A stretch of 62,478 nt of DNA, filler included. It is 11 parts of 11 records of this genome, joined end to end, with 100 filler letters (N's around TTAATTAATTAA, not from the genome) between each part and the next. Parts side by side here need not be neighbours in the genome. Positions count along the whole stretch, not along the records: positions 42,489 to 47,464 come from SRR15195285_1914; positions 47,565 to 54,068 come from SRR15195285_1915; positions 54,169 to 58,166 come from SRR15195285_1916; 8 more parts are not named here. One strand, given 5' to 3'. Below the pieces are notes generated by a model, which saw only the letters and a list, made by a program, of their open reading frames with translations, ran no database searches and was not told the origin of the DNA. The translations under genes were made by a program, and so were the position numbers. Positions 42,580-54,688 of this stretch are shown piece by piece; position 1 is the stretch's first letter; every line of letters begins with the position of its first letter.

Positions 42580-45185
42580 ATGGGGCTGTGGCGCGTTCGC
42601 AGGCGGCACATATGCCTAGCGACCGTTGCGCTGCTGTTTTTCATCTCACAAATCGACAATGTTCGGCAGCCTCCGGTGCTTGAGCCGTTTCCTAGGCAAA
42701 ATCACGCAATCAGCCTGCAAGCCGATGAGTCCCTACCTGCTGCTGCTACACTGACAGCACAGCAGCTGTTGCCGCAGAAGAGACTACCTCTACCAGCGCG
42801 ATCGCCGGCGTGTCTCGAGCCTCTGACAGCGCCTCGAGCAGCCTGTCGCTCAGATTTGTCGCTGTGGCCCGCGGTACGGCAAGTAGCTGTTCCTTGTTCC
42901 TCAGCTGCACGGAGTGCAGACAGCCCGGCTGCTGTTCCTCGGCTGTGTTCGTCGTTGCTTGACTCACTGCACCTGGACCCGAGCGCTAGGGCAGCCGTCG
43001 CTCCACAGCTTCAGTTGCTGCGTAAAATTGTCAGAGATACCTTTAAACGCACTGCTTCACCGGTGACGGAAGCCGAATGCCAGCTGCGGGTGCACCTGGC
43101 GAGCAGCGACGCAAACGCCGAGCCGTGGCTGCCTCGTCTGAGCGTCGCTGAGCAGTCGATACGAGAGGCGTACAACCTGTCCATTGTCGCAGCAGACCCT
43201 GATGGTGCGGCGCATGTTACTATCCACAGCAGCACAGTGCTGGGCCTGCGACATGCGCTCAGGACCCTCGCCGCACTGGTCTCCTCGGCGTCGTCCTCGG
43301 GTTCGTCCGATGGTGGTGTTGCGCTGCCAGTCTTAGCCATTCAAGATCGTCCGCGCTTTGGCTATAGGGGTTTAATTTTCGACACCGCTCACCATTTCTT
43401 GAGTGTGGACGGTCTTCTAGGCACTATTACACTGCTAGGGCGGTTAAAGTACAATGTGCTGCACTGGCATTTGACAGATACGCAGTCCTTCCAGCTGGTG
43501 GTTCCTTCGCACCCAGAGCTAGCGCAAGCCTCTGCGAAGCCATCTGAGCAATACTCACTAGACGATCTGCGCACCGTAGTGGCAGCGGCGCGCCTTGAGG
43601 GAGTGAGTGTGCTGCTTGAAATTGAGACGCCAGGACACGCCACTAGCTGGGCACACTCTCACCCAGAGCTATCCCTTGTCGGTGCGTAGCCCGACTTGCT
43701 ACAAGAACCTGCATACAATAATGGCTGCTCTAGGTTTACGTTGGTAAGATTATTTTGGTACCTGGCTAAACGTTGTATTGCCTGTCTGAACCCACGGTGT
43801 ATGGTAGGCCCAACCGACGGTGTGGCTGCACACGCATCACCATCTGGAGAGTCGTACACAAAATGTCCGGCAGGCAAAGGCAATTTAGACCCAACTAACG
43901 AGGTCTGTAAGATAAATCAATAATGCGCGCGCGTTGTCTGCGTTTTGCAGTATGGTGGTGCAACACGGATCACTGCCCATGTGCATGGATCAACTTTCAT
44001 GCACGCTGCTTAGCATTGGGCATGGAATACCTGAGTTGATGTGCGTTTGTTGCTGGTTTCGACGCTGGTGATGCTGCAGAAGCTATACGCGGTACTCGGC
44101 GAGGTGCTGGAAGACTTGGACCACGATGTACTGCCGTTGGCTGCGGTGCACATGGGTGGTGAAGAAGTACACTGGGGCTGCTGGAGCACAGGCTCTATTG
44201 GGCGCTGGGCAGTGGAGCATGGACAGTCACAGTTACCAACGGGTCGTGACGAAACTCTCGACCCAAGGCGGCCTGCTGAATTCGAAAACGATGCTGCGCA
44301 TAAAGCGTATGCATACTTTCAAGAACGGCTGCATAACGCGCTTCTTCCATCACTGCCTTCGATGCGATGGCGCCGGCCAATCGTCTGGGAGGACGTTCTC
44401 TTCGAGGCGCCCTCATGGGCGCGCAGCAGCCTTCGCCCGTCCAATACCGGCCAGATGACGGGCGGTCAACCTATTGGCCCTCCTTCCAAGAGCATGGAGC
44501 CAGAGGCAGCGGGTGATAAGGTGATCGTGGAGGTATTTAAGCGGCCTAAGGGGAGCCGGATGTCTCTTTTCAATGCGACTGCTCTTGGCTACGATGCACT
44601 CTTCACCAACGTCGATGCGTTGTACCTCGATTTCGGTCACGACTGGAGCCGGCGCTACAGGTACAAGACCACGGACTGCTGCCGTCTAGCCTAAGGCCAC
44701 CGAACATAGCGTAGTGGCGACTGCAGACTTCGACTTAAAGTGTGGCAACATGCTGCTACCTCGCAGGTATGAGCCGTTCAAGGAGGATCTCCGCCCTGGA
44801 CACGTTGAGATCGTGGAAGGTTCAGCCCAAGCAGAACATGTGCTCGGAGGAGAAGGCGGGTGCTGGGTAAGTTGGTCTGGACAACTTGGAATCCTTGAGC
44901 CAGAGCGACTACTACCAATGGCGCAGTAATTGACCATCATTGCTAGTGCTTGGACATTGTAGAGCCTGCTCCAGCGCATGATCAGTTGCATTAATTGCCG
45001 GTTTGATGCAGGGCAAATGCATGGCGGGGTTAGTGAAGCGTGGTGGCCGCTGGGCGTCCGATAGCGCGCAACTGACAGGGTTGATGGCGATGGCGGAGCG
45101 ACTGTGGTCGGGCGCGGCAGTTGCAGATGTTGAGTGCGCGCGTGTTCGGATGAGCGTCCACGAGCAAATGCTGCATGACCTGTGA
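42580..45185 (+). CDS. GH20 beta-N-acetylhexosaminidase-like type II membrane protein, multi-exon, divergent active site
   Basis: EAYNL, IQDRPRFGYRGLIFD, NVLHWHLTDTQSF, PGH, LDPT, HMGGEEV, IVWED, YLD, VLGGEG and AERLWS. Confidence 0.85.
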
Positions 45186-46772
45186 GCGTCAGGCTCGACA
45201 AGTAAAGCTGCATTGATCAATTGTGACAAAGACGACCTTGTTCGTTTTCCGATCTTTTAAAAGCGTTGCAAGGCATTAACTTTTCGTCCAAGTAAATTTT
45301 CTGATTCTAGTTCTTGTATCGGCTCTATCAATACCGGTAAGTTGGTAGTAGCTAGATACATGTACCTGCTATGCACCAATACAGTGTCAATACACCGACC
45401 TTGACCTGAGTGCACGCGTGCAGGTACTAGATCTAGTACACGTGTTGTTTTCTTTCCCGTTTCTATGAATATTACAACCCGGCGCTTTATTGTACAACTT
45501 TCGATGGCAAGTTCTAAAGTCCTGACCAGCGCAAATTGCAAGCAAGTCAGGAAGGCGTCTAAGAGTTAAGACAGGGTCGACTGCAGAGAGAGCGAGCACG
45601 TGCTCACGAGTACTTACCAGTACGGTAGTGCGTGACCATCATCTATTTCTGCGACTGTACAGTACTCCGCTACTGAGTACCGGTACTACTACTATGTTTC
45701 GATGTTATCGGGATTAGCGAGGCGAGGGTCCGCACTGACGCACTCATACATGTAGAACTCGTACTCATCCCACGTCTAATTGCGTCGATTGCGATTTCAT
45801 CCGAACTCTACCATCCCTTGCAACTCCCTGTTGACTACGAGTTTATAGTAAAGTCACACCGACCACACACGCGTGCGCACTGGCAATGGGCAAGTAGGAG
45901 CTGAGGGTCAACCATGGGCCACCGTGACTGTGCATGGCTGTGGGGGATACTGGGCAAACAAAGGGGGTCAGAGGTTTGATTTGGAGTGATTGAGTTGTCA
46001 GTGGGTCGAGGGTTGTGGGGAGGGAGGGGAGAGTGTACACGTGTCTGTCGTCGTGCGTTGTGCGGAGCGCAGGGGTCGTGCGCAGCGCGGGCCTTGGCTG
46101 TAGTAGGCTGAGCTGCTTTTCCAGGTGGAACGACGGCACAGAGTCATTACCAGTCACCGTGTAGTTGTCGATTGGCAAAAGGTGAGAGTAGGTGAAGAGC
46201 GGGCTGGGTGGCGTACGCACCAAGGAGGATGGATCGTTCGCAGAAACTGCCAGGTGGGGAGAGCAGCGTGGAAAAGGCGCAAGTGCGGGAACGAGGGCGG
46301 GATGATGACATCTTTCGGCCCTCGTGGCCACCACGGGGGCGGGCGGGCAGCCACGTCGGCGGCCGGCCACTTAGCCCGCCGGGCGACGAGCCCGCGGAGA
46401 ACACTGCGGCAACACTGGAACCCCTGCAGCCTGAAGAGCTGCCGCCATCCCTCTCGCGAGCGCTAGAGGTGCATGCGCAAGAGCCCGGGGAGACATCGAG
46501 TACACGGTATGGCGCGAAGCACTCGCCCTCTCGGGTACTGTTTCCCGATGGAGAGATCCTCGCGAACACTGCAGGGGTTGACCCAGAGGAGTGGACTCCA
46601 CGTCCAGAAAGGAGGTCCTGCTGGTCCTGCTCCGGGAACCCAAGAGTGCAGAGGCCACCCCCCTCGAAAGCACGGTAGTCTACGGGTAGCTCTGTACGGC
46701 ATGGATGTGGGTATCCGAACAAGTAACTCTTGTAGTAGTGTATTGGCGCCTACACGTCGTCGCCGCAGCCAC

Positions 46773-47464
46773 TCATCGCCGGTCCTCGCCGTGCACGCCA
46801 CCAGATAGGATGAGTGTTGAAACACCTGTCGCCCAGCGCGTTAACGCGCTCTCTCCGGCCACACCTTCCTGCGCTCCCCGAACTGACCCAGCAGACGCAG
46901 CTTCTGCGCCGGTGCTGGCAGACACACCCGCCACATCCCACCGCGGCGGCGGCGTGCCCCACGCACCAGGGTGCTTTTCGGCTTGCCCGGCCTCAGCATG
47001 CTTGCTCACAGTCGGCGACGCCAGAGCAACAGCTAAGTCCTCGTACTCTTTGTACGACGCGACCAGCGGTCCGAACCCACGCCCCAGCGAGACAGCTGTG
47101 GCTGCTGATGCACGTGAGCACATCCCTTGGCCGGGCAGAATGACCACCGGGTATCTCCGCACCAGTGCACCTGTCCATACGTGTTCAGTCAGCACCAGTT
47201 GCAGATAATAGCAAGACTTGCGGTGGTAACTTACGGCGCAAGCTCATCAGCTTCGGTGCGGCACACTCCATATTGGACTCCAGGATCACAGCCAGCGGCC
47301 TGGAGGTAGTCTCTCCTGAACTCACTGCAGGAGGTGTTGGAGCGGGTGGGCCCACCTCGAAACCGACTGCCGTGTATCCTCGTGCGTGCGACTCATTCCG
47401 TAGCTGCGGTCTGGCTTCTTCCAGTACTTCAACAACCATAAGCTGCTTCACTTACGGTGGTGGC
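46773..47464 (-). CDS. Divergent O-GlcNAc transferase-like (GT41) C-terminal fragment (5' truncated)
   Basis: PVVILPGQGMCSRASAA..LG..PLVASYKEYEDLAVALA resembles OGT PMVTMPGETLASRVAAS..LG..ELIAK..EYEDIAVKLG. Probable intron at about 47173-47232. Confidence 0.55.
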
Positions 47465-47564
47465 NNNNNNNNNNNNNNNNNNNNNNNNNNNNNNNNNNNN
47501 NNNNNNNNTTAATTAATTAANNNNNNNNNNNNNNNNNNNNNNNNNNNNNNNNNNNNNNNNNNNN
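47465..47564. other. Artificial contig linker
   Basis: N44-TTAATTAATTAA-N44. Confidence 0.98.
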
Positions 47565-47565
47565 C

Positions 47566-49538
47566 AACTTTTTCAAGGCGAGAGTAGAACGTGATGACAA
47601 GGCGGCCTTGGCCTCCTCGTCGTCCAGTGGTGGCACAGCGCGCCGCGGTGGCTCAGCTGTGGCACAGTACCGCTCACTTTTCGATGCAGTGAGCCACCAA
47701 GGTAGAACGAAACAGGAGGTAGCAGCGGAGCGGCGACGTGTGCTCGCACAGGAGCGGGTCTGGCGCACTGTGATGTACGACGAATTCACAGAATACTACC
47801 GCGCAGATCCACGGCGCATCTGGCAGTTCTCGAAGGCTGCGCACCTGCAGAAGCGACACAGTGCTGCCGAAAGTGGCTCAGATGGCGTCATCAGGCAGCA
47901 TGGGCTGCTACAGTCTGAGACTCGCAAGGACGTACCTGACAGTACGTCCTCTGAAATTGAGATTGAGATCGAGCAAACGATGGAAGGGGTCAGTGCCGCA
48001 TCCACGCGTTGCAAGTTTGCCACTGCTACGTTCGGCGCGGTGCGAATGGATGTTTCTCGCTGCGCTGCCGTGTGTGCATGTCCGCTGCTTGCAGACGTCC
48101 CGCTGGAAAACGCATCGGCTGTGTCAGGCAAGCTGGCAGTAGTCCTTCGAGGCAGCGTGAGTTTCGTTCAGAAGGCTCTAAACGTGCAAGCTGCTGGGGC
48201 ACTTGGTGTGATTTTTGTCAACAACATAGATGAGGAATTGTTTCAGATTGGTGGGGAGGATGGCGATGATGATGTCACCCTCGCTGTGGTTGGGCTGCGC
48301 GCATCGGACGGAGCCGCTCTTCTCCGGACGGGCACTGCACGTGGCGCTGACGCACTGGCAAGGTCAGACTCTGCGTTTGTGACCTTCAAGCTTGACCGCT
48401 CAGCCGATGACCATGGCCCAAACTTCTCCTCAGAAGAGGATGAGTACGACGATGGTTGTGAATCAGACGGCTCGGATTGGGATCCTGATCGTCTTGCTGC
48501 GCTAATTCCAGCAGGCACGTGGGATCAACTTCTGAGTGACATGCGTGCGGCCGTATCCGCGCTCGGTATCGACCCGCAGCGCCCTGCTGGGAGCGATGCC
48601 TGGGATCGACGCGTTGAAGAAATGCGGCGCGAGCGGGTGCATGTGACAGAGCAAAAGCGGGCGCGCTTGGAGCTGCAGTCGCGTGTCAGGAGTGGAGAAG
48701 GCGTGGAGAAGTTCGCGGGAGGGAAAGGCTGGCGCACGCCATCCACGGACAGGCGTGGGAAGCGTCAGGTCAACATGAGCTCCCCGAAGCGAAAAGGCCT
48801 TGGAGATGTGATACGGGAACAGGAGATGCAAGCTGTGGTGCAATCAACAAAGGTGACCCTTGCAGGTGGTGTCGAGAAAGCAAAAGCCAAATTTGAGGCG
48901 ATCCATCGCACGACGAGCGCACTGCAGCAATTGGAGATATACGAGATACAGCGCCGCGAGATTGAGGCAAAGGAGTCTGGATCCTCCCCGCCGCCGCGTT
49001 TCCCGCCGGCTGCGATGCTGCCGGAAGGGACGCCCCCGCCACGATCTTCATCAAGTGCACGTCCACCTAGCTGGGAACTTGAGCCAGTTGCTTCCGTAAT
49101 ACATGGCAAGCCAGCTTCTGGTGATGGCACTACGACACCGTCACAGCTACAGAGCTCTGCGGTCAGACGAGCGCGTGCGCAGGCCGCAACTACGCGAGCT
49201 GCTGCAACAACACCTGCTAAGGTTGTCACTACGGTTGCAGCTGAAGCACCAATTGTCGCACCAGCTTCGAGTATACAGGATCTTGAAGCAGCAGCGGAGG
49301 CGACACGTGCAAAGGTGCGTGAGTGCTTGATTGGAGCTTGCAGGCTTTGGTCGATACCCTCTCTAGCTAGGAATCCTACCCCTTCCTATCTCATGAGCTC
49401 ACTCTCCTGTATGCTCTCTCTGTAATGCAGGTGCGTGCGAAGGCTAAAGCCTCCACGGCGAGAGCAAAGGCAGCCAGGGCACGCCAGCGGATGCTCGAGC
49501 TCGATGATCAACAGAAAGACCAACCGGGGAAGGACTGA
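47566..49538 (+). CDS. Protease-associated (PA) domain protein with coiled-coil and low-complexity C-terminus (5' truncated)
   Basis: GKLAVVLRGSVSFVQKALNVQAAGALGVIFVNN is the PA consensus. Intron 49315-49430, stop at 49536-49538. Confidence 0.75.
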
Positions 49539-49959
49539 ATAGTGGCTGCGCATGCTGAATGGCATGTTGTGCAGAATGCAAGAATAGGCACAATCATCAT
49601 GATTGTGTGTCCAATGCTTTAGACCATAGTAACTAATCTTCGGTGCCTTGTCGTCGCTACCGGTACGTGTGCTCCATGTCCATCTGTTGCCTTCTCTGGT
49701 GCTGCATGCTTGCATCACAGCGTGCCTCGGCAGTAAAAGTACTACCGAACGCATTAGTCATCGCGATGGAGACGGCTGCCCCCCGATTGATGAGACTGCA
49801 CCTTTCCTGCTGCGCGTCACATCTGGAGATTGCTTTTTGCGCTGCTGCAGTACTAATATAGTAAGAAGTCCCTTCACATCGCAGGTAAGTTCGAACAGTA
49901 GTCGCCTGCTTCAAGATTTGCATTCACGAATAGCAATGCAAATTGGCGGCTAGATCTAG

Positions 49960-52900
49960 TCATGGTAGATTCGCGACAAAGGCAAACACATCCCCATTGT
50001 CAATATCTAGCTCCAAGAATGCTGCACAAAAACACGTCCAATCGTGTTAGCACAGTACCAGTTGTTTCATTGGTACAACAACGTGCTCGTGTAAGCCTGT
50101 GCGTGGTTGTGTGCTGAAATGCTTACCGTCAAGCAGAGCACGTCCGTCCTGTGTGATTTCAGTAGGTGTTGAACTGCTTTGGTGCTGCTCGCCTTCTTCG
50201 TACCAATCATCAATCGGCGTCGGAATATCACCCGACTCGAGTACAACACTGACATTCGCAGCCCGCTATGTTGCAACAATGACACGATCAGCACCATCAC
50301 TTCCACAAGTCAGCCCCATGCACAGCTAAGATAGATGTCAACCAGCACTCAGCATAAAACTCTATGTGCAACTCTCACCTCGAGGATAGCTTCATCCACA
50401 CCGGCCATTGCCGCACAAATACGACCGAAGGAATCCTGGCTCTTTCCATCGACCAGTCGATACAGAAATACAATCTCGCGACCACGATTCACTAGTTTCG
50501 GCGAGCCAACGGGCGAGTCCGCGGCGGCGGCGGCGCCTGGGCGAACAGGGGTTTGCGCCGCCAGTACACGACGACCGTTGATGTTGCGCGCACGCTTGCT
50601 TGGAGTCTGTTTGGCGGTAGACGCAGCAGGGCGACGATCAGGGGTCTGTTCGAGCTGTTCGGAAAATTCCATTGCTTGGAAGTGTAGCAGTCGGCTCTTT
50701 GGCAACAGCTCCAGCGCTTCGATAAAGTGCGTGGTGATGAATGCCTTTGGGCACTGCCCGACACGCACAGTTTATGCCGTCAATTTTCGAGAGGCAGTTG
50801 GGAGATCACAGTTGGAGCCTGCAAGCAATGCGAGAAGATCAGATAGTGGATGGCTGCGGACCTGCAAGTTGCGATTGAGGAGGTCGGTTATAGCGCCAAC
50901 AAGAAGTGCAATCCCATCTTGCGGTGCTGTGCCGTTGCCGAACTCATCAATGAGCAGCAAAGAACGCTCAGTCGCATGCCTGAGCATCGTTGCAATGTGC
51001 GCAAGGTCCTGGGCAAAGGTACTTTGGGTAATGTTCACTGAATCGACGTTTGTAATTGCTGTGAAAATGCGGTCGGTCAATGCAATCGTCGCGTTATCCG
51101 CCGGCACAAACGACCCAATGTGAGCCATCAGGGTAATCAGCCCAACCTGTTTGATGTAGACGGACTTGCCAGAGTAGTTTGGACCTGTCAAGACTTTGAT
51201 CAGCCCTGCCTGCACGTGGCATTCTGTATTATTCGGGATGAACGTGTCCACACACATCTCCTGCAGCAAGTGACGTCCGTTGTCAATGATGGTTTCCCCA
51301 TCCGTCGAGAGGCAAGGCCGGCACAATCGCAGGTCTTCTGCTGCAATGGAAAGAGCGATCAGACAGTCAAGCTGTGCGACCAGCCCAGAAATTGAAAAAA
51401 GAAAATCCTGTTCCGCCATCACTGCCTCGACCATGTCGTCATATAGCTCCTTTTCCATGTCCAGAATTGCTCCGAACTACAAACATCAACCAGAGAAGCA
51501 CAGACGACATTTTGAGACACCACCACCACACCAAGCACGGTTGCACTCACAATATTGCCAAAGTGATCATCCATATTTCTTGTGCCACTATTGCGGAAGA
51601 AGTAGCGCGTCTCTCCATGTGTCGAGCCCTCCTTGCTCTCAAACTGGAAATCATAACCGAGTGCAGCCATCTGATCTGGGTACTGCATGTCCATCTGGCC
51701 CGAGATCGGATCGTCGTTCCCTTCGCCTTCGTCGTTCTTCTGCCCACGAAATGCCAGGATTTGCTCAAGCTGCTGGTTGTCGCTTGCCAAGCTCAGCAGG
51801 TAGCCAAACTGCTGGTAGAATACGAGCTTGAGGTCAAGGTCAGCAAAGTCCTGCCGGCTTGTGTAGAGAGCGGTTGCTTCTTCCTTGGCCAGCTTGTCCA
51901 GTAAATTATCCATTCCGTCGTAGTGGTACTTCAACTCCTCCAGATCACACAGCGAGCACTGGTTGCTCCATATGCGGCCTGTGTTCTCTACTTTCACTGT
52001 CGTTTCAAACTCATCGCCGACCGCCAGGTACGTCGGCACGTCAACCCAGACTGGATCATGAAGCCGTTCGTGATGGACCTGCATGGTCTTCGCGGGAACC
52101 TTGCGGCCGTCGTATCCATTTCCGACGTTGCCATCTTCAGGCACAACGAGGCTTAGGCGGATGAGCCTGGCTTCGTGTTCCTCTCGCAGGAACTCTTCAT
52201 GCGGCACAAAGTGATTGAATCGTTCGCCGGGCTGCACGCCATCCGGCACCTCGATTATCACTTCTTCACCGTAGTGCGTCAGATATGGGAATGTATCTCC
52301 TGATCCCATGTCGTCCGGGCACTCAAACTGCAGAGTCTCCCCGTAACCTCGGCAGCAGCGGTGCTCCTTGTTCGACTTAATTACAAAGCGCCCCTTCTTT
52401 CGGCTCTCTCGTAATTCGAGTGTGCTGGAGATCTCGTTGCAGATTGCATCAAGGGTCTAGAGCAGAAGCAGCACACAGGTACAGCTGTCACATTCGCAAG
52501 AGGACAAGTGGTATTGCAGGTAAGTGGTACCCGAAGGCGCGTGCAACATGGCGGTACTCACATCCGGATTCCATGCCTCTGTGATATTCTTAAGCAGCGG
52601 CGGTGTGTCTTCACGCCGAGAAACGCGCTCCAACTGGTACCAAATCTGCCGCGCAGCAGTGCAAGACTTGACTAGGTTACCCCAGTCGTTTGCACTGGCA
52701 CTCAGACGCTGGATGCGTGTGACAATCCGCTCTGTATCACACAGTTGTTTGATCGAGCTGTGCAGATTGCTGCGAAGCTCTTTGTGTCGGCTGTCCACCA
52801 GAAATTCGATTGTGTCGAGCCGGTCCTCTATCAGGTCTGGAGAGTTCACAGGGCGAATGAGCCACTGCCGGAGCAGCTCGCGGCCAGGAGTTGAGGCACA

Positions 52901-53641
52901 GCCCCCCGCAAGAATGCCGAAGAGGCTGAAGCCTTCTTTCTTGACCCCAATACCCTGAAAGCTCGGGTGCCGGTCGCTCTCGAAGACGCTTAGGGCTTTG
53001 TGCGCGTGCTGATCCACCGTCATAATCCCGTCAAGAGTCACGTTGTCTAAGGATCGGATTGAGTACGGTGTGCCTTCGTCGTCCAGCGAATTGAGCAGCC
53101 CGTTCTTGGTCAGGTACGCGAGCAAGCCACCGGCCGCGCGTATCATCGCAGTCTCATCGAAGTTCACGATAGAGGAAATGTACTGGGCGCGCTCCTGCAT
53201 ACTCATTGCATCACTCATATCTGGCAGCATTATGTTGGCTACGCGCGCAGCAGCAGGTCCTGGACTGTAGTCGGAAGACGGCAGCACCTCAACATCGATC
53301 GCCGTAGACTCTCCGCCCAGATCAATCGTCGCCTCAAGTGCTTCGGTAAAGCGCTCGTCGCCACGGGCAGGTGCGATAATGCGCGTCGGGCGGAACTGGT
53401 ACTTGAACAGCTGCAACACAGGCGCGACGGGGAGGTCCTTCTCGTGCTCTGCTGCCTCCGCGACACTCAGGACCCCGCGCTCCGCATCGTACACCGCGAT
53501 ACCTAACGTGTTCTTGTAAAACACGCAGCTCATTACGATGCCGTCGACGTCCTGCGTTTCGGCGTCTCGCCGATCATCGGCCAGCCCGAGTTCCCAACTC
53601 CCCCGGTCGGCGCCCGGCGGTGCGCTGCTGGCGCTGGCCAT
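49960..53641 (-). CDS. MSH5: MutS homolog 5 (meiotic crossover factor), 6 exons, with internal domain insertion
   Basis: LGIAVYD, ALSVFESDRHPS..GVKKEGFSLFGIL, LTGPNYSGKSVYIKQVGLI..MAHIGSFVPA, QSTF, SLLLIDEFGNGT, TTHF, IVFLYRL and SFG..CA. Introns at 52457-52561, 51477-51550, 50754-50861, 50266-50378 and 50022-50126. Confidence 0.93.
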
Positions 53642-53996
53642 CGCGCGCAGGCAACTGCTTGGGTCCTGCTATCGGTCGATCGCCCCGCGCCCACAGCCGG
53701 CCCAGCCGGCCAAGACAGCCCTTCAAGCAGGTTCAAGACGCCGAGTTAACGTCCAACCGTCCAGCACATCTGCCTAGCCGTGGACGCTGAAACAGAACGC
53801 CCCCGAGGGAGCAGCGCGAACCACGCAGGTGGACCCGCGTCTAGAGCTCTCAGAGACCCCTAGGGCTACCTCTCAGACGGACCCCGCGGGCGGCGTCCCC
53901 TCCCGCGCCGCTCCCCGCCCGGGCCGTCCTTTCTTGCGTTGCGTATTTCGAAATCGATGAATCTCTGCTTCTCTGGAGGCTCGCGCTGATTCAATG

Positions 53997-54026
53997 AATA
54001 GATCCAAATAGATCCAAATGGATGCA
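53997..54026. repeat. 10-nt tandem repeat (AATAGATCCA x2 plus one degenerate copy) upstream of MSH5
   Basis: Seen directly in the sequence. Confidence 0.65.
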
Positions 54027-54068
54027 ATTGTATTGAAAGCTGAATATTCGAATAGAGCCGTCGACCCC

Positions 54069-54168
54069 NNNNNNNNNNNNNNNNNNNNNNNNNNNNNNNN
54101 NNNNNNNNNNNNTTAATTAATTAANNNNNNNNNNNNNNNNNNNNNNNNNNNNNNNNNNNNNNNNNNNN
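54069..54168. other. Artificial contig linker
   Basis: N44-TTAATTAATTAA-N44. Confidence 0.98.
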
Positions 54169-54688
54169 CGCGCGCGCCGCCGGATCGCGCGTCGGACCCG
54201 CGCCGGGACGCGCGCGCGCGGCGGACGCGGATCCGGACCGCGAGCGCCCACGCGCAGGAGACGTCACCGCGGCCGGTCATGAAACATGAACAGAAGCGCG
54301 CGCCAGCACTTTTCACTCCTTACAAACTCCAATTCATCCATTTCTGTACAGTACCCAAATACCGCAGTTTCAAAATTTTCTGAACTTTTCAACTTCATTG
54401 CGACATTGGTAAATTGCACTGTTTTATTCAGGGCGTACCAGTACTGTACCAGACGGTGATTTCCGGTGAGCGGTGTGTACACACGGATGAGAATCGACCT
54501 GATAATAATACTGAATAGTGGACGAGGACCGTTTGCGAGACGCCAAGACCACGGTCGAGGCCAGACAGTCTCCGCCAGACACCGTGTGTTTGTCGTGACA
54601 CAGAGCAGCCCAGCTTGCTGGAGCTTGCCGCCAGAGGGTGGGATGGAGTGACATCGAGCCGTGGGAGCCGGTGGTGGCTCGGCTAAGA

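Noticed and set aside
50335..51123. 262-aa + strand ORF
   Set aside because: Antisense to MSH5 ATPase exons, with no motifs.
51955..52360. MSH5 insert as a mini-intein (starts near Cys, ends WSNQ-C, ~133 aa, LAVGD and VENTGRIWSN resemble Hint blocks)
   Set aside because: There is no TxxH block B, no terminal HN and a poor block A. An internal tandem (V/C)PxxxxxGxxF repeat explains it better. An HMM search against Hint would settle it.
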